Shown piece after piece: positions 1 to 9,451 of a DNA stretch of 12,954 bases (the stretch's first letter is position 1; each line of letters starts with the position of its first letter). Where the stretch lies: assembly GCF_006345805.1 (NCBI RefSeq), contig NW_021826422.1:1-12954 (forward strand). Reading direction: 5' to 3'. The position numbers were made by a program, and so were the translations under genes. The notes below the pieces were generated by a model. The model was not told the origin of the DNA and did not search any database. It saw only the letters and a list, made by a program, of their open reading frames with translations. This DNA is from Octopus sinensis (Eukaryota).

Positions 1-8
1 AAGTTTTG

Positions 9-39
<31 letters not shown>

Positions 40-50
40 AACAATAACAA
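9..50. repeat. (CAA)n microsatellite
   Basis: Tandem caa units with a few caata variants. Confidence 0.95.
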
Positions 51-307
51 CCGAAAGTTGAAAGAGGGGGGGGAATATGGAAGAATGATTGAAACAATTG
101 GTAAACGGTATATATTTCTAAAGCACAACTGGTGTGTGTCAAATTTATATTTTCTTTTATATTTATGAATCTACGTTTTCTTCATTTTCTTTATTCTTGG
201 TTTTGTTTCTTCGACATTTTATTTTAATTTTTGTTTTTGCATTTTTCTTTTCTGGATTTACATTTACTTTCCCATATTTTTAGATTCTGCACAAGTTTCT
301 TACAGGA

Positions 308-403
308 ACCACCACCACAACACCCACCACACCACCACCACACCCACCACCACCACCACTACACCCACCACCACCACTACTACTTCTACTATTACTACTA
401 CTA
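308..403. repeat. compound (CAC)n/(TAC)n microsatellite
   Basis: accaccac... grading into tactactac; explains the poly-Val ORF 300-503. Confidence 0.9.
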
Positions 404-519
404 ATGATGTAATTTCTTTATTAGTGTCAAGGACATAAAAGGAAGAAGTGTGCCACACAAAATGTGCTCTGATATACATATACGCTTTCATACACACACA
501 CACATGCCTTTATTTTTGC

Positions 520-694
520 ATTTGCTCACCCCACCCCCGGTACCACTTTGTAACCGGTGTTGGATTGTTTATATCCCAAAAACTCAGTGGTTTGGCAAAA
601 GAGATCTATGCAATAAGTACCAGGCTGGAGCAATTTGTTCGCCTGGAGTCATCAAGTTGGGTACCCCACAGGACCGCAAGTCAATAACGGAAAC
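520..694 (+). mobile_element. degenerate 3' half of SINE family C
   Basis: gtggtttggcaaaagagatctatgcaataagtaccaggct...gaccgcaagtcaataacggaaac aligns by eye with 4074-4194 (gcggttcggcaaaagacaccgatagaataagtactgggct...ggccgcagtcaaatgactgaaac). Confidence 0.7.
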
Positions 695-1091
695 GCGTAT
701 AAGTTGGAAGTTATATGCGTATGTGTGTGTTTGCATAAGTACTCAATCATGCACACACACACATACGCACACATACATGCATATACATGGATACACATAC
801 ATGAGGCAAATATTGGCTACTACTCTCACGACCCAGCAGCCAACCGAAGGAGATTAACGCACAGCAGCATGGGAATTTTGTAAGAAAGATGTGAAATTAC
901 AAAACTGATACCATAACGGATTCATTTGATTAAAAAGAAAATATATTTCCCGTTGTCATACAGCATGACTAAATCGACTTAAAACAGGTGAAACCTGTGT
1001 CATATTTTGATTAGAATGTAAATATATTATTTCTGCGACATATGATCAAATTCTTATGATTTACCGCGTTTTGTGTTTTTGACACAAAAAA

Positions 1092-1182
1092 GCAGAGATC
1101 TGGCAGATTATTCCGTACCGGAAAAAAAAAGTGTTGGGTGGCATTTATCCGACTCTATGTTCCGAGATCAAGTTCCGCTGAG
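1092..1182 (+). mobile_element. degenerate 5' (tRNA-like) fragment of SINE family D
   Basis: ctggcaga...ggcattt...tatgttccgagatcaagttccgctgag matches 4680-4760 (ctggcaga...ggtattt...tacgttctgagttcaaattccgccgag). Confidence 0.6.
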
Positions 1183-1422
1183 AATATTTGCATGAGAAAG
1201 AGGAAGAGAAAAGGGGAAGGGAAAAAGGGAAGAAAAAAAAAAACGTAAATGATACACAGGTAGATACAGAGCAATACACAAACACTAGACATATATGCAC
1301 TTACTTCTGATAGCTATGAGAAATAGAGAAAGATGCAAAATAATAAATAAATAAATAAGTAAATAAATAAGCCCAGCATGGCCACTGCTCGTGAGCGTGA
1401 AACTATATGAAATATATAGATG

Positions 1423-1423
<1 letters not shown>

Positions 1424-1464
<41 letters not shown>

Positions 1465-1475
1465 ATATATATATA
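1424..1475. repeat. (TA)n microsatellite
   Basis: Tandem TA. Confidence 0.95.
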
Positions 1476-1686
1476 CTGCCACATATCTGTGATATGTAAA
1501 ACAGAGATGGAAAAATAAAGAATGAAATCATATAAAGGGCATGGATACATATGAAGTGAACCCATATACACACAGACAAACACTCACACATGAAATATCA
1601 TGGACGGCCGTATGCTGTCAGCAACACAACTAACACGGTCTTACGAGTAGCAAAGGACCACGTTTCGTACTTCTCCCACTGGACGA

Positions 1687-2078
1687 TGGATGGAAGCACT
1701 CCGTCGGTTACGACGATGAGGGTTCCGGTTGATCCGAATCAACGGAACAGCCTGCTCGTGTGAAATTAACGTGTGGCTGAGCACTCCACAGGCACGTGCA
1801 CCCTTAACGTAGTTCTCGGGGATATTCAGCGTAACACAGAGTGAGTGAAAGGCCGGCCCCTTGATGAAATACAGGTACAACCGAAAACAGGGAAGTAAGA
1901 GTGAGAGAAAGTTGTGGTGAAAGAGTACAGCAGGGATCACCACCATCCCATGCTGGAGCCTCGTGGAGCTTTTAGGTGTTTCGCTCAATAAACACTCACA
2001 ATGCCCGGTCTGGGAATCGAAACCGCGATCCTATGACCGCGAGTCCGCTGCCCTAACCACTGGGCCATTGCGCCTCCA
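1687..2078 (-). mobile_element. full-length tRNA-derived SINE (head A + tail X) with TSD
   Basis: Minus strand begins TGGAGGCGCAATGGCCCAGTGGTTAGGGCA (A-box TGGCCCAGTGG), has a B-box-like GGTTTCGATTCCC and a short (TCCA)n tail. Flanking direct repeat CACTGGACGA at 1677-1686 and 2081-2090. Confidence 0.92.
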
Positions 2079-2182
2079 CTCACTGGACGAAGACCGCTAC
2101 GCTCAACAGCAACCGCAGCAGCAGCACAATGGGGTGACAGGTTGGAGTCGAGGGGAAGGCCACACTGCTGCTAAGATCTATG

Positions 2183-2217
2183 ACACACACACACACACGC
2201 ATACACACACACACACA

Positions 2218-2254
<37 letters not shown>
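2183..2254. repeat. (CA)n microsatellite
   Basis: Tandem CA; source of the HTHT/VCVC ORFs. Confidence 0.95.
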
Positions 2255-2256
<2 letters not shown>

Positions 2257-2638
2257 GGACACAAATGCATCCACATATAAAGATACACATCTTAGAAGAA
2301 AAGAATGGACTGGAGCAAGAAGACACACGGAAACGAAAAGTATCACTGAAGAAGTCACAGATGTGTGTCGAAAAATTTCCGGACGATGAACAGTCATTAA
2401 ATAATAAAATCACAGTAATGAAAGAGTGAAGAAAAATTATAGTACGTGTGTTTATTTGGGAAACAAAAAACAAACAAAAATAAAATGACCATCTCGAAAT
2501 AAAACAATATATATATATATATAATATTATATATTATATACCTGAATAAACATAAATGTGAAACAAGGTGGAAAAAAAAGAGTACTAAAATACCATGGTA
2601 GATAATATGCTTTATTTAAAATAGCAGAAAATTCAACA

Positions 2639-2738
2639 ATATATATATATATATTCATATTCATATATATATATATATATATATACATACACATATATAT
2701 ATATATATATAATACATACATATATATATATATATATA
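2639..2738. repeat. (TA)n compound microsatellite
   Basis: Tandem TA with interruptions. Confidence 0.95.
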
Positions 2739-3045
2739 TCACGTGATCACGATCACGTGACCGACCAGTCTAACAGATGTAGTTACACATCGCTGGTCAC
2801 AATGCGTTCGCATTGTTTAAGCCTTCGAATGACGCCACCCCGCTGGCTAAGCGAGCAGGCCAACAGAAGAAAGAGTGGGATAAAGCGTGGTGAAAGAGTA
2901 CAGTAGGGATCACCACCCCCTGCCGGAGCCTCGTGGAGCTTTTAGGTGTTTTCGCTAAACACTCACAACGCCCGGTCTGGGAATCGAAACCGCGATCCTA
3001 CGACCGCGAGTCCACTGCCCTAACCACTGGGCCATTGCGCCTCCA
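2739..3045 (-). mobile_element. full-length tRNA-derived SINE (head A + tail Y)
   Basis: 2862-3045 is highly similar to 1886-2078 (same A/B boxes). The 3' part 2739-2861 is unrelated to tail X and ends in CACGTGAT-like repeats. Possible TSD tatatatatca (2731-2741) / tatgtatatca (3046-3056), but it lies in a TA tract. Confidence 0.9.
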
Positions 3046-3792
3046 TATGTATATCATAATGCTGAGAGGTTTCTCCTCTATAATTCAGAGTGCTGTGCCT
3101 TAAAGTACCCACCAATATTTGTTCCATTACTTGATAAATTGTGATGTCTCGCTGACCATTGAAATTTGCCTGTTTTTTTTAGCGCATGTGCAAAGTGAAT
3201 TGGATTGGATTTCAGATTCTGAATTGAAGGACAAATGACAAGAGATGGGAATGCAACTGTGCATATTTGGTGCACAATGTGCTGGCATGGTTGCATATCA
3301 ATGCAACTTCGCAGGCGCTGCTTTGACTACCGAACTTCTTAGCACCGAATGACTACAACATCTGAATCTCTGACCTTACAAGACTCTTATTACTGATTAT
3401 CTCGTAGTAGCCAGACGTTTTAAGTGATTGGTAATGAATTTATCTTCACTGCAATGTACGTTGTGCTATAATATCTGCGCACGCGCACGCACAAACCCGC
3501 ACACTCACACATAAGTATATTATACACAACACAACTTTAAGACAAAGAAACGAGTATAGTTCCACGCGCTGTTATGACGTCGAGCACCTTCTTCTGAATT
3601 GGTCGTGTAATACAAAAGAGGGGAGGAAAGAGGAGAAAGAATATGTATGAAAGAAATACTTTACGCGGAAATGTTCACATGGCACTGGTGTAGATGATAC
3701 CTGCTGACTGACCAGAAGTTGAAGGGTGGCGGGGTAGGAGGAGTGGTCACAGTAGAGAAAGAATCAGAGAAAATAGATGCGTTCGTGTACAT

Positions 3793-3954
3793 AGGCGCAG
3801 GAGTGGCTGTGTGGTAAGGAGCTTGCTTACCAACCACATGGTTCCGGGTTCAGTCCCACTGCGTGGCACCTTGGGCAAGTGTCTTCTACTATAGCCTCGA
3901 GCCGGCCAAAGCCATGTGAGTGGAGTTGGTAGACGGAAACTGAAAGAAGCCTGT

Positions 3955-3988
<34 letters not shown>

Positions 3989-4230
3989 CGTGTGTATATG
4001 TTTGTGTGTCTGTGTTTGTCCCCCTAGCATTGCTTGACAACCGATGCTGGTGTGTTTACGTCCCCGTCACTTAGCGGTTCGGCAAAAGACACCGATAGAA
4101 TAAGTACTGGGCTTACAAAAAGAATAAGTCCCGGGGTCGATTTGCTCGACTAAAGGCGGTGCTCCAGCATGGCCGCAGTCAAATGACTGAAACAAGTAAA
4201 AGAAAAAGAAAGAAAAGAATAAAAGAAAAA
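3793..4230 (+). mobile_element. tRNA-derived SINE family C with internal (TA)/(TG) microsatellite and A-rich tail
   Basis: A-box TGGCTGTGTGG 3804-3814; B-box-like GGTTCAGTCCC 3847-3857; CORE-like ccttgggcaagt. Internal microsatellite at about 3957-4015; AAAG-rich tail at 4190-4230. Other copies at 520-694, 10830-11823 and 12837-12954. Confidence 0.9.
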
Positions 4231-4403
4231 AATATCTGTATGGGTATTGTGCCAAAGTAGTCGCCTGTGTGTGTGTGTGTATCTATTATATGTACAATGT
4301 GTGTTTGTGTGTGAGTAGGCAAAAACATGTCATTCCCTAATATGTATTGTGAATGTGCTTGTATGTCTGCTCCCGAGGCTGTTTTGAACTAAAGCTAAAG
4401 TGC

Positions 4404-4648
4404 CACTCTGTCGGTTACGATGACGAGTGTTCCATGTGCAAGTGGCTGAGCACTCCACAGACACGTATGCCCATAACGTAGTTGTCAAGAAGCATCAGTG
4501 TAGTACAAAATGTGAATTACTGGTACAGCCTGTATTTGTCAGCTGAGTAAACTGGAAAAATGAGGAATAAAGTGTCTTGCTCACAGATACAACACTCCAC
4601 CGGGAATCGAACGCACGACATTACGAACCTGAGCGTTATACTCCGACC
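4404..4648 (-). mobile_element. old, internally deleted SINE (head B + tail X)
   Basis: ctctgtcggttacga, gtgcaagtggctgagcactccacagacac and aataaagtgtcttg all match 11136-11454. Confidence 0.8.
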
Positions 4649-4667
4649 GTATACAGTTAATGGATGA

Positions 4668-4901
4668 TAGGGCGCCGAGCTGGCAGAAACGTTAGCGCGC
4701 CAGGCGAAATGCTTAGCGGTATTTCGTCTGTCGTTACGTTCTGAGTTCAAATTCCGCCGAGATCGACTTTGCCTTTCATCCTTTCGGGGTCGATAAATAA
4801 AGTACCAGTTTCACACTGGGTCGATATAATCGACTTAATCCGTTTGTCTGTCCTTGTTTGTTCTCTCTGTGTTTAGCTCCTTGTGGGTAGTAAAGATATA
4901 A
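4668..4901 (+). mobile_element. tRNA-derived SINE family D with 17-bp TSD
   Basis: A-box-like TGGCAGAAACG; B-box GAGTTCAAATTCC. TSD atacagttaatggatga (4651-4667) vs atacagtcaatggatga (4902-4918), 16/17 identical. Confidence 0.9.
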
Positions 4902-5490
4902 ATACAGTCAATGGATGACTACTGATGTATGTATGCGTATGTATATGTGTATAAATTTTGTTACATTGGGAAGAGGCTACATAGAAGCATGAGGAAATAT
5001 AGCTCATGTGTGTATGTGGATATGTGTATATATGATGCGCGTGCAAGCGAGAATGTGTTGATGGTTTCCGTTAGATGTTTTTCTCTGTTAGGTATAATCG
5101 ACATTTATGAGACCCATTGATGACAGCAGTGGCGTATTAATGAGCGGCAGTTCATTGTACAATATTTTTTGCCTTGCACCTTCAGATTTATTTAAACAAA
5201 GGTGTGATTTGCTTTTTGTGTGTTTTAGATTTTACTGCTTTTAAGATTTTACTGCTTTTAAGGCCGAAACACATTTATTTTGTTTTTATATCATCAGTTG
5301 AAGAAACCTTGGCTCAATATATCAATGAGAAGGTGGCGTGTATGTGTGTGTATGTGTGTGTGTGTGTTTAAAAGTACAGTGTGTGTTTCAAGTCTCTGAC
5401 CATCGCATGAGAACATTGGTCGTTGAGCTGAGATCCAAAGTGAGGTTTCTGGCGTGAAAATGAAATACAATGCTGTTCTCGGCAAAACTG

Positions 5491-5493
<3 letters not shown>

Positions 5494-5537
<44 letters not shown>
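5494..5537. repeat. (CA)n microsatellite
   Basis: Perfect tandem AC directly abutting the palindrome. Confidence 0.95.
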
Positions 5538-5539
<2 letters not shown>

Positions 5540-5601
5540 AAAGAAAATGGAAAGTGAGAACACAAAAAAATCAATTTATTTATCTAATAGACAATTTCAT
5601 G

Positions 5602-5694
5602 TTGCCAACGCACGTTTCAATTTTTCACCTTCATTCATATTTTATAGCTAAAATTGCATCATGAATTTAAAAGGTAAAAATCTCTTCAGGGCAA
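5602..5694 (-). ncRNA. minimal type-I hammerhead ribozyme motif
   Basis: Minus strand reads TTGCC-CTGAAGA-GATTTTTACCTT...AAGGTGAAAAATT-GAAA-CGTGCG-TT-GGCAA. This gives a perfect 5-bp stem I, intact core, long stem II, near-palindromic minimal stem III and a GUU cleavage triplet. Confidence 0.75.
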
Positions 5695-5783
5695 AAATTG
5701 ACATATATTCATTTACATCCTAATGGATGCAAAGTTCATTGAACTTTCTATCCATTAGGATGTAAATGAATATATGCCAATTT

Positions 5784-5876
5784 CTGCTCTGAAGAGTTTT
5801 TTACCTTTTAATTTCATAATGCAATTTTGATTATAAAATATGAATGAAGGTGAAAAATTGAAACGTGCGTAGGCGA
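5784..5876 (+). ncRNA. minimal type-I hammerhead ribozyme motif (mirror copy)
   Basis: TGCT-CTGAAGA(5789-5795)-GTTTTTTACCTT...AAGGTGAAAAATT-GAAA(5860-5863)-CGTGCG-TA-GGCG. Stem I is 4 bp with two G-U pairs; cleavage triplet GUA; AATAAA at 5898-5903. Confidence 0.68.
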
Positions 5877-5954
5877 CATGAAATTGACTATTAGGTAAAT
5901 AAATTGAGTTTTCTGTGTTCTCACTCCCCATCTACTTTATATTATATTATATCA

Positions 5955-5965
5955 TATTATATATG

Positions 5966-6004
<39 letters not shown>
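5955..6004. repeat. (TA)n microsatellite
   Basis: Tandem TA between the two fold-back elements. Confidence 0.95.
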
Positions 6005-6015
6005 CTGAATGATTA

Positions 6016-6278
6016 AGATAAACACACGTTTATATTATTAGTTTCTATGTACGTTTCACCATTATAACTGATTGGAACCGTTCCAAGGGTAGAAGGATGC
6101 TTCATCAGGGAAGATTTTACTACAATGTATTACATATAGCTAGAGTGCAATAAATAGTTTCCTGATGATCCGAGCTGATGTAGCATCGGATGATACTTGG
6201 CACATTGGCATTGGGGACCCATGCAACCACAATGGTGAAGCGTACGTAGGGAGGAATAAAGCAAACTTGTGTTTGTCT
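6016..6278. mobile_element. second fold-back element with two divergent degenerate HHR motifs (Penelope-like relic)
   Basis: Gapless inverted repeats 6016-6063 / 6231-6278 (37/48 identical), each reading outward AATGGT-GAA(A/G)-CGTAC(A/G)-TA. CTGATGA cores on minus (6102-6108) and plus (6162-6168); AATAAA at 6255-6260. Confidence 0.7.
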
Positions 6279-7848
6279 CGGTCTCTCCGACACTTTCTCG
6301 GTATGTTTTAATTAGTAATACAGTACTTAGTATAGTTGTTACTTAACCTCTACATTAGAAGCTGTCTGGATGATGAGAATCTACGCTGTGTTCTAAACAT
6401 AACAATTTCAGTCGTACATGAATTTATACACACACACATGTACATATATAAATGTATGTCTGTCTGTGTATTAAACCCGCTACACACTGATATGTCTGTA
6501 TGTTCTTCTGTCCGTATATCTGCTGCACTGTCTTGAGGCTATCAGTTTCCCGTCTCTTTATCTCTCTCCCTTTTATATCTGTCTCCACATCTGCTTCTGT
6601 ATCTCCCAGACAATATGTAATATAGTTTCTTAATCGTCTGTGTTTTCATATGTTCATCTTAACATCTGTCTGTCTGTCTCTCTCTCTCTCTCTCATTATA
6701 CAACTATACCAACATACATACAAACGCGTACATACATGTATAATTAGTCATAAACACACGTACATATATACATATTTGCCCATTATTACATACACACACA
6801 CACATATATATATAAATACACGCGACACAAACACACACATATATATGTGTATTATTTATATATAATAGAATATGTATATATACTTGTCGGTATATCATAT
6901 ACACATACTATATGTGTATTTGATATTTGCATGCGCGTGAGCTCGCACACCCACACACACATGTGCGTGTATATACGTTTGTATTTCTGCTTATCGACGT
7001 CTATCTTCTCGTATAAGGCGTGTTTGAAAATTACAGCCAAACTTTGCAGGTAACAATTCAGTTGAACATTTAAGAGTTATTGATGAACATGTTAAGAATT
7101 TAAGAATCATTTGATTTCCTTTGTGTTCTGGATGTTGGAAGGCGAATAACTGTCGCAGATTCTAGTGTTTATTGACGTAATACCGATATAATTTCTGTCT
7201 GTCTCACCAGCTGAAGAGTTCTCGACTCAAAATATCAATGCTTTATTAAGGCACTTTACACTGGAGCCATAAGGAGTAGAATCATTACAAGAACACAGCG
7301 ATGATGGTTTAGAACTGATTGTGTTGATGGTTTTACGTCTTGTTTCATTTATTCTTGACCGGAGGCAGCAAAATTCTTAATGCAAAACTTTTAGACTCCG
7401 TTTTTTTAAAAATATTTTATTAGAAAATTCACTGGCATCTTCCATAGACTAGAATTCTCATCGACAAAGTAAACGCAATGGTTTACTCTACGCAAAACGG
7501 GATTTAAACGAAAAAAGAATTTTCTTTCTCTGCGTCTGCGCTATTGTGGCATTGCTTGTGTTGTCTTTAGTTTTAAATCTACTTTCTACTAAACCGTTAG
7601 TATAATAAACATGTGCACCTGAAAGATATGGGAAGAGATTATTGGAAGTCCATCAATACAGGTAGAGATTTTAGGAGTCCATCTGCTAATGTTATTCACT
7701 TCATTTTTTAAAAATACTGTCGAAAAGTGTTTATATAATGTATATATCGCAATTTTTATTTATCGTGAAATTATTTGTTGGATTATTTAGTAAATCATAT
7801 GACTAAAATATTTAGGAAATTTCGTATTGGTGTTCACTGCAATTATTG

Positions 7849-8119
7849 CAGTGGTTCCCAAACTTTTTCGGGTTGCCGCCCTCGTGACATCCCCATCCCA
7901 ACTAACCATCTCAAACACAGACCCGTTTCTGAAGCAAATTCGAAGCAACTACATTTCACAAATAAAAATTAACGTAATGAACCCATTATTTGATTGTTTT
8001 TACATGAATCGCTACCCCATTATCGCCCCACTTTTCATCAACGTCCCTCTTGGAACTTTCCACCATCCCTAGAATGTATGTGTGTGTGTGCGCAATACTG
8101 CCCACTTTGGGAACCACTG
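7849..8119. mobile_element. non-autonomous hAT (Charlie/Buster-like) MITE, 271 bp
   Basis: Perfect 14-bp TIR CAGTGGTTCCCAAA (7849-7862) / TTTGGGAACCACTG (8106-8119). 8-bp TSD aattattg (7841-7848) / aattattt (8120-8127), with central TA. Confidence 0.92.
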
Positions 8120-9204
8120 AATTATTTGTCTAAATTCTCTAAGGATATCTTTTAATAGTCCTCAGAGAGCGGGGCATTTTCAGAATCTCAGTTTGTTTTC
8201 AGGCACTTGTCACTACAAATGCCTTAATTTTAATGGAAAAATACCCGAAACTCACAGTTTTCTTCCATTGTAATATCCGTGGAGACATTGAGGAACTTAT
8301 CAGGACTATACCTTACTTCAGACAGGTTTCACGGAATAGCAATAAATTTTCGGGCATGTATTATATCTAATATCAGCGTAATTAATGATAGAGAAAGAAC
8401 TACCAAACATTAAACCCTTTGGATGCAAGGTTGGGTGGTAAAGAGATAAAACTGAAATATAAGAAACTGAATGGATTTGCAAATAACTTTATATTCTATG
8501 CTATTAAACCGCTTCCTTGCCAATCTGCGATTATCTCATAATGCTAAAATGGCGTTTGAATAATTTTTAAATTAATGGAACCTAAAATAGGTTTTCTAAA
8601 TTTACCTAATTGATTTTAGGAAGGATTAATGAGTCTAAACATGGAATTAGATTAATTTATCCATGTAGACTTTCGAATGTGATAAGATTTGGCGCTGGGC
8701 CAGATAGTCACCTACGTAAAAATACACACACGTGTATATATGTTACACACACACACACACACACACATATTATATATATGTATGCCTGCATGTGTGTGGA
8801 TATATAGAGATGTATTACTGAACAGGTGAATAAACACGCAAACACGAGGACAATAAACACACACACCAAACACACGATTAGATAGAAAGCTACACGCATT
8901 TACATAGGAATAGACATTTATAGATACAGATGAAAAATAAAATATTAAAAGATAAATTCACAAATTCAGACATGGATTAACTGATGAACTAATATTTGCC
9001 TGAGCTCATGCGTTAGCTGCAATGGAGATCTTGTACAACCAAGCTGCAAAAATAGTACTCACTATATTTTCGAGACATTATTTCTCGCTTATATAAAAAC
9101 TGACTGTTTCACAATTTATTCCGCTTCTGGCCGCTTGCTATTGACAATATATGCTGCCAACAACTCTATGTTACATCATGATTTAAACCTGTAATTATCA
9201 ATTA

Positions 9205-9256
9205 TTCAACAGCGGCTGACGACGTGAATATTCACCGAAACCTTAGGTAGCTTGAA
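9205..9256 (+). ncRNA. isolated degenerate minimal hammerhead-like motif
   Basis: CTGACGA (9216-9222), c, GTGAAT/ATTCAC, c, GAAA (9237-9240), CCTTAGG, TA, GCTTGAA. The last pairs imperfectly with upstream TTCAACAGC. Confidence 0.5.
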
Positions 9257-9411
9257 GTAAATATTAATAGTTTTCTGAATGTTATTTATTTGATTCACAC
9301 AGATGCTACGTTTTAGCACCAACTCTCAACTGAATAATTGCGTGGTCTTGTTTTTAAGTAGTTTGCTTAGATAAAATAAACTTGCATTGTTTTGGTTCAT
9401 AGTCGTATGTG

Positions 9412-9414
<3 letters not shown>

Positions 9415-9447
<33 letters not shown>
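9415..9447. repeat. (TA)n microsatellite
   Basis: Tandem TA. Confidence 0.95.

Positions 9448-9451
<4 letters not shown>

Larger units (their letters stand above)
5539..5939. repeat. 401-bp gapless palindrome (fold-back element, likely Penelope-like inverted terminal repeat relic)
   Basis: Arms 5539-5738 and 5740-5939 are reverse complements around a 1-nt centre (5739). I counted 21 mismatches in 200 bp and no indels. Confidence 0.95.

Noticed and set aside
2000-2078. tRNA genes (also 2970-3045, 3793-3860, 4670-4760, 11385-11454)
   Set aside because: A/B boxes are present, but there is no proper cloverleaf or acceptor stem and each continues into a repeated SINE body.
3078-3296. 72-aa ORF in higher-complexity sequence as an exon or LINE fragment
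   Set aside because: No recognisable motif in the frames I translated and no convincing splice signals.
5539-5939. Palindrome as a Tc1/mariner MITE with TA TSD
   Set aside because: TA at both ends follows automatically from the symmetry, the ends match no TIR I recognise, and the embedded HHR consensus fits a Penelope-like origin better. Not fully excluded.
7211-7232. CTGAAGAG...CTCAAAA as a hammerhead
   Set aside because: GAAA is absent and there is no stem III/UH or stem I.
8981-8987. CTGATGA core
   Set aside because: No downstream stem II-GAAA; an isolated heptamer is expected by chance.
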